This document shows positions 59,208-64,000 of a DNA stretch of 64,000 bases, in pieces. Each line of letters opens with the position of its first letter. Within the stretch, counting starts at the first letter, position 1. The notes beneath the pieces are model-generated. The model searched no databases and was not told where the DNA came from. It saw only the letters and a list, made by a program, of their open reading frames with translations. The translations under genes were made by a program, and so were the position numbers. Source of the DNA: Smithellaceae bacterium (GTDB lineage: Bacteria > Desulfobacterota > Syntrophia > Syntrophales > Smithellaceae); NCBI GenBank assembly GCA_963667845.2, contig CAXXVL010000002.1:1760001-1824000 (forward strand). Reading direction: 5' to 3'.

Positions 59208-61193
59208 CTAATCAAAATTTCCAAATTTGAAATCGCCCTCTCCTTCAAGGGATTTGAATTGCGGATTCTGCTTTCCTTCTGTTTGCTTCGATACTTCTTT
59301 TTTAACAAAATACCCTATGTCAGATGCGAGGATAATTCCTTTGCCACTATAAAGTGATTTATTGCCGAAAGAATCCAAAAATGTTTTTGTGAATATACCA
59401 TGTCCTGCCTTCCCATCTTCCCCTGCTGTTTCATTTTTGCCCCCTGCAGTAATAATTTGCACAGCGTCATGCGGATGTGAACCTTGATTTACAGTACCCA
59501 GTATTGCACCATAACCAGAATAACAGGAATCAAAAACTAATAGGATGTGTTTGGCTTTATATCTTTTGATGACTTCGCGAATTTTCTCCATGGAAATGGC
59601 GGTACCTCTATAGTTCTTTTTCTTAGCATCCCTAGGTAGTATGTATCCTTCCATTTCACCACCCTTAAGCTCTTCAGTGTCTCCATGTCCCGCAAAATAT
59701 ACAAAAAGCGCATCATTTTTACCTAGAGAATATGGCAGTTCGTCCGCAAGTACACGTAAAATGCCTGCTCTAGTTGCATTAGCTTCCGGTATCTCGATTA
59801 CCTTGTCAAAACCCATTTTGATAATTTGTTCTTTGACGGATTGTGCATCTCTCACCGCGAAATCAAGAGATTCATATTCCGAATTATTATATTTATTGAT
59901 TCCAATGATGACGGCAACCTTGTGGTCATATATCTTATCCATTACCTTGCTAGATGTCTCATTTCCTTGAATCTCAATTTGCTGTCTGACATTCTTTCCC
60001 TTTGCATCCAGAACTTTAACAACAAATCGATTACTACCCTGGACAAGTGGCAAGGTAACTGTATATCTTTTCACGTTTCCCGGTAAAATGGTTTTTTCCA
60101 ACAAGCTTGCCTCTGCAGAAATGCAATTAACATCATTCACCGTCACCATCCTAACTAAATCCCTAGCAGATGCTAAAATCACAAAAGCAGCCATTTGATT
60201 TCCGATAATTTTTATTCCTCGTGCTGTTTTGGGTTCAAGAATTTTTATCCAAGGACCTTCTGTGTCTTTCTTGACGGTCTTCTTTGTTTTCCCTGCCAGA
60301 TTTAATTTAGCTTCTTGTAAAATTAATTTTGTCTGTTCAATTTCCGGATATACCATCTTGGATTCAATATCGATAACCCTGCCCGTTCTCTCAATCTTGT
60401 AACGAACAGTACTTCCGTACATTGTTAAGATTTTATCTGCTTCACGCCATAAATCCTGTGTGCTTCCAATCTTTGCTCCATTAATTTCAAGAAGCTGATC
60501 CCCTTGCATAATGCCATTCAAATCAGCCATCCCGCCTTCACTCATAAATTCAATCTTTGTTCCTCCAGAATCAGCACCAACATGGACTTTATAGGTTTTA
60601 TTTAATATCTGATTACAAATTTTGATCGCATTTGGATAATTACCCAATCCCATTTGATAATTTAGATTTTTAAATAACAATCTCATGTTATAGAAATCTC
60701 GCGCTGCTTCAATAATGTTTTTGTAGAAATCGGGAGGCATTTTCAAATGTTTCTGCATTTTATAATATTTGGAGGTTCCAACCGTTTTGGTTGCTTCTAA
60801 ACTATGACGATAAGCTTCTTCAAGCTTACCCTGCTTATAATACATTTGGGCAAGCGCCATATAGCTCATATAGGCTGCGTCTGGATACAAAGCAATACTT
60901 TGCAGAAAATATTTTTCTGACTTAGTGTAATCATCCAGCATCATATAAGATATTCCTAAACAGAAGGTGCTTATATAATCTGCATTCACAGCTTCGCCAT
61001 AGGGACTGAGCATTAATGGTTTCCCATCTTGATTTGATTTAAGTGCAGCTTCACAGGCAGGGACTGCTTTGCCGTATTCACCTGCTTGCAAATCCGACCC
61101 ACCACTAACTAAGTGTGATAAAGTACAACCGGTTAAAAATAATAGTAATAAACTCAGAACAAACAACTTTGCTAACGAAAAATTATTTCTCAT
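59208..61193 (-). CDS. Lipoprotein: TPR + PDZ + Ig-like + caspase-family (C14) domain, paralog A
   Basis: Lipobox FLTGC, TPR helices, GGMADLNGIMQGDQLLEING PDZ, YFAGHG, FDSCYSG. Confidence 0.9.
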   Translation of the reverse strand: MRNNFSLAKLFVLSLLLLFLTGCTLSHLVSGGSDLQAGEYGKAVPACEAALKSNQDGKPLMLSPYGEAVNADYISTFCLGISYMMLDDYTKSEKYFLQSIALYPDAAYMSYMALAQMYYKQGKLEEAYRHSLEATKTVGTSKYYKMQKHLKMPPDFYKNIIEAARDFYNMRLLFKNLNYQMGLGNYPNAIKICNQILNKTYKVHVGADSGGTKIEFMSEGGMADLNGIMQGDQLLEINGAKIGSTQDLWREADKILTMYGSTVRYKIERTGRVIDIESKMVYPEIEQTKLILQEAKLNLAGKTKKTVKKDTEGPWIKILEPKTARGIKIIGNQMAAFVILASARDLVRMVTVNDVNCISAEASLLEKTILPGNVKRYTVTLPLVQGSNRFVVKVLDAKGKNVRQQIEIQGNETSSKVMDKIYDHKVAVIIGINKYNNSEYESLDFAVRDAQSVKEQIIKMGFDKVIEIPEANATRAGILRVLADELPYSLGKNDALFVYFAGHGDTEELKGGEMEGYILPRDAKKKNYRGTAISMEKIREVIKRYKAKHILLVFDSCYSGYGAILGTVNQGSHPHDAVQIITAGGKNETAGEDGKAGHGIFTKTFLDSFGNKSLYSGKGIILASDIGYFVKKEVSKQTEGKQNPQFKSLEGEGDFKFGNFD

Positions 61194-61291
61194 TTAATAT
61201 CCATTTCTAAGTTTAATAATTTCCCCTAATATGCTTTAAAATGTAGTCATGTCTTTGTTACAATTTATTCAAGGCTAAGTTTTACTGGATT

Positions 61292-63292
61292 TTAATCAAA
61301 ATTTCCAAATTTGAAATCGCCTTCTCCTTCAATATAACGGAATTGCGGATTTTGCTTTCCATCTGTTTGTCTCGATACTTCTTTTTTAACAAAATGCCCT
61401 ATGTCGGATGCCAGAATAATTCCATCGTCACTATAAAGAGATTTATTACTGAAGGCATCCAAAATTGTTTTTGTGAATATACCATGTCTTAATTTTGAAT
61501 CTTCACCCGCTGTCTCATTCTTGCCGCCAGCCGTTATGATTTGCACAGTGTCATGCGGATGAGAACTTTTATTTACTGTTTTTGGTATTGCACCATAACC
61601 AGAATAGCAAGAATCAAAAACTAACAGAATGTGTTTGGCCTTATATCTTTTGATAACTTCGCGAATTTTCTCCATGGAAATGGCGGTACCTCTATAGTTC
61701 TTTTTCTTAGCATCCCTAGGTAGTATGTATCCTTCCATTTCACCGCCTTTCAGTTCTTCGGTATCCCCATGTCCTGCAAAATATACAAAGAGTGCATCGT
61801 TTTGGCCCAAGATATATGGCAGTTCGTCTGCCAGCACTCGTAAAATGCCCGCTCTCGTTGCATTAGCTTCAGGGATCTCGATAACCTTGTCAAAACCCAT
61901 TTTGACAATTTGTTCTTTAATGGCTTGTGCATCTCTTATCGCGAAATCAAGAGGTTCATATTCCGAATTATTATATTTATTAATTCCAATGATGACAGCA
62001 ACCTTTCGATCATACAGTTTATTCATTTTTTTGCTGAAGGTTTGATTCCCATCAATTTCTATATCTTTTTTCGTTTTGTTTCCTCTCGCGTCAATAGCCA
62101 TAATGACAAATTTGTTTCTGCCCTGCGCAAGGGGTAAATCAATCGTGTATTTATTTATGTTATCTGGCTCTAATAAAAATGTTTTTTCTAACGCATCAGC
62201 ATCCGAATTATTACATTTAACGCCGTTCACAGTTACCATTGTAATTTTATTACTGCCGGACGCTAATATGACAAATGAAGCTTTTTGATTCGAGATAATT
62301 TTTACACCCCTGGCGGCTTTAGGTTCGAGAATCTTAATCCAAGGGCCCTTGGAATCTGCCTTTACTATATGTTTGTAACTATCTGATTGATTCGATTTAA
62401 GATCAGCAAGAATTCTTTTTGCAGCCTCCACTTCGGGATAGACAAGCTGCGTTTCTATCTCGATATTCCTTCCCTGTCTTTCTATTTTATAGATTACTGT
62501 ATTACCATACTGTGTCATAAGCTTGGCTAATTCGTGCATTCCTGCTTTTTCATTTTCCACAGGCGCATTGTTTATCATTAATATTTTATCAGCTATCATG
62601 AGTCCATTCAGATCTGCCATTCCACCCTTATTGATAAAATCGATGACAGTGTCATGTCCATTTGCACCAAAGTGTACTTTATATTTTTTATTCAGAATAT
62701 TTGTGGCTAACTGAATAGCCTTTTTCTTATTAGCAATTGCAAGTTGCTGTTCAAGATCCTTATAAGTCGATCTTAATTCATAAAAAGCAATTGCAGCATC
62801 TACAGCGTCCACCCAAATATCACGATCCTGAGCTAGAGCAGATTTTTTCATCATTTCGTAATAACGAGCAGTGCCGACAGTTTCTTTTGCTTTTAACGCG
62901 CATCGGTATGCCTTATCGATTTTATTATATTTATAATATAAGTCGGATAATAACAGATAACTAAAAAATGCTTTATCCGGAAATAATGGAATTGCTTTTA
63001 GCATATTATCTTCTGCTTTATCTATATCCCCAATAAAGCCATATGACGCGCCAAGGCATATCCTGGCAAAATAATCAGCGTTGATGCCTCCTTGACCATC
63101 AAGTTTCAACTTGAGAGGTGTTTCGTGATTAGATTCAAGTGCCTCCTGACATGCAATGATAGCCTTGTCATATTCGCCAGAATCTAGATACGATTTGGCA
63201 CTCAAAAAATTACTCATAGTGCGCGTTGTAGCGCATCCCGTAAAATTGAATAAAAATATTGTAGCAAGGAAATAAAAAAATACCTTTTTCAT
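61292..63292 (-). CDS. Lipoprotein: TPR + PDZ + Ig-like + caspase-family (C14) domain, paralog B
   Basis: Lipobox FTGC, same architecture, YFAGHG, FDSCYSG. Confidence 0.9.
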   Translation of the reverse strand: MKKVFFYFLATIFLFNFTGCATTRTMSNFLSAKSYLDSGEYDKAIIACQEALESNHETPLKLKLDGQGGINADYFARICLGASYGFIGDIDKAEDNMLKAIPLFPDKAFFSYLLLSDLYYKYNKIDKAYRCALKAKETVGTARYYEMMKKSALAQDRDIWVDAVDAAIAFYELRSTYKDLEQQLAIANKKKAIQLATNILNKKYKVHFGANGHDTVIDFINKGGMADLNGLMIADKILMINNAPVENEKAGMHELAKLMTQYGNTVIYKIERQGRNIEIETQLVYPEVEAAKRILADLKSNQSDSYKHIVKADSKGPWIKILEPKAARGVKIISNQKASFVILASGSNKITMVTVNGVKCNNSDADALEKTFLLEPDNINKYTIDLPLAQGRNKFVIMAIDARGNKTKKDIEIDGNQTFSKKMNKLYDRKVAVIIGINKYNNSEYEPLDFAIRDAQAIKEQIVKMGFDKVIEIPEANATRAGILRVLADELPYILGQNDALFVYFAGHGDTEELKGGEMEGYILPRDAKKKNYRGTAISMEKIREVIKRYKAKHILLVFDSCYSGYGAIPKTVNKSSHPHDTVQIITAGGKNETAGEDSKLRHGIFTKTILDAFSNKSLYSDDGIILASDIGHFVKKEVSRQTDGKQNPQFRYIEGEGDFKFGNFD

Positions 63293-64000
63293 TAGATAAA
63301 TCCTTTCTGAATATTTTTTTGATAAATTACTTTACACAATGGTTTGAAGATAAAATATCCATGGCCTTTTGAAAGGTGGGATATAAAGCCTGAAGCAAAA
63401 TCAACAGTTCAGGAATTAGATGTTCTGTGGTTTACTTAGCCATAACCGGTGAAAATATAGCTCTTGGAAATCCACCACCACAGGGCAATGTGCTTCCTGT
63501 TTATACATTATATTTTTGATAAGATGCTGCTTGTTGCGGTGGAAACTTTAGACTTGTCGGTCTTTCATGTCAACATAAAATTGACCAAAAATGTTATGTA
63601 TTTGTATTTGTGGTAGGAAGTAAAAGATGGTCTTTGCGGATTTATGCTCTCCATTTTCGATGAGTGGCTTCTGATTTAGCTAAACGCAGGAGTCTGTGTT
63701 TCTGATTGAGCTGGATAACGGAATATATTAACCATGATTGAATAGCTCTCAACAATACCCACTAAAACCTTCCTGAGCCTTCCAGGGAGAGAGATATTTA
63801 TCGACGAATATATGAGGATGGATGAGAACAGGAATGGCTCTCAGGAGGGTTATGGTTGTACCGAGTCAATGAATACGGCATGAAAGGTGCATTTTTCGGA
63901 AAAGCTGATGGTCTGATGATCGAGGCTGTTTATAACTTCCCGCTTTACGTACCAAGTGGATGTTTGACAGATTAATAGATATTGGTCATCATCTATCTGC

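Overview
Bacterial chromosome segment, most likely from an anaerobic syntrophic Deltaproteobacterium (Syntrophaceae/Smithella-like). This is inferred from the many CoA transferases, the enoyl-CoA hydratase, the Liv-type binding proteins and a selenocysteine signal. Bases 1-24300 are GC-rich core genome: acyl-CoA metabolism, GNAT-prmC-murA-hisD, a 10-PAS hybrid kinase, maf-yggS, manC, two RNA methyltransferases and a rhomboid protease. This part also holds an ORF-track-missed MerP/HMA-like selenoprotein (CxxU plus SECIS), a lone integron-type cassette with an attC site, and four copies of an IS200-end-derived mini-repeat. From about 24315 the window is a tandem array of three islands, each bounded on the left by a 3'-half copy of tRNA-Glu(TTC) at 24315, 28368 and 49168. 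Island 0 carries a CoA transferase pair and a binding protein. Island 1 carries an IclR-linked 2-oxoacid oxidoreductase/ABC-transporter operon, IS200 remnants, an integrase remnant, and a putative new quorum-sensing-like cassette (Hpt, PLP alpha-oxoamine synthase, 6TM hybrid kinase, HD-GYP regulator). Island 2 is AT-rich and runs off the window. It carries a DUF3102-like gene, a DpdA/TGT-like gene, a double-YbjN gene, an RHH gene, a primase-helicase with an adjacent origin-like inverted repeat, and three exported caspase-family proteases plus a CHAP protein. All family calls come from motif recognition by eye; no database searches were run.
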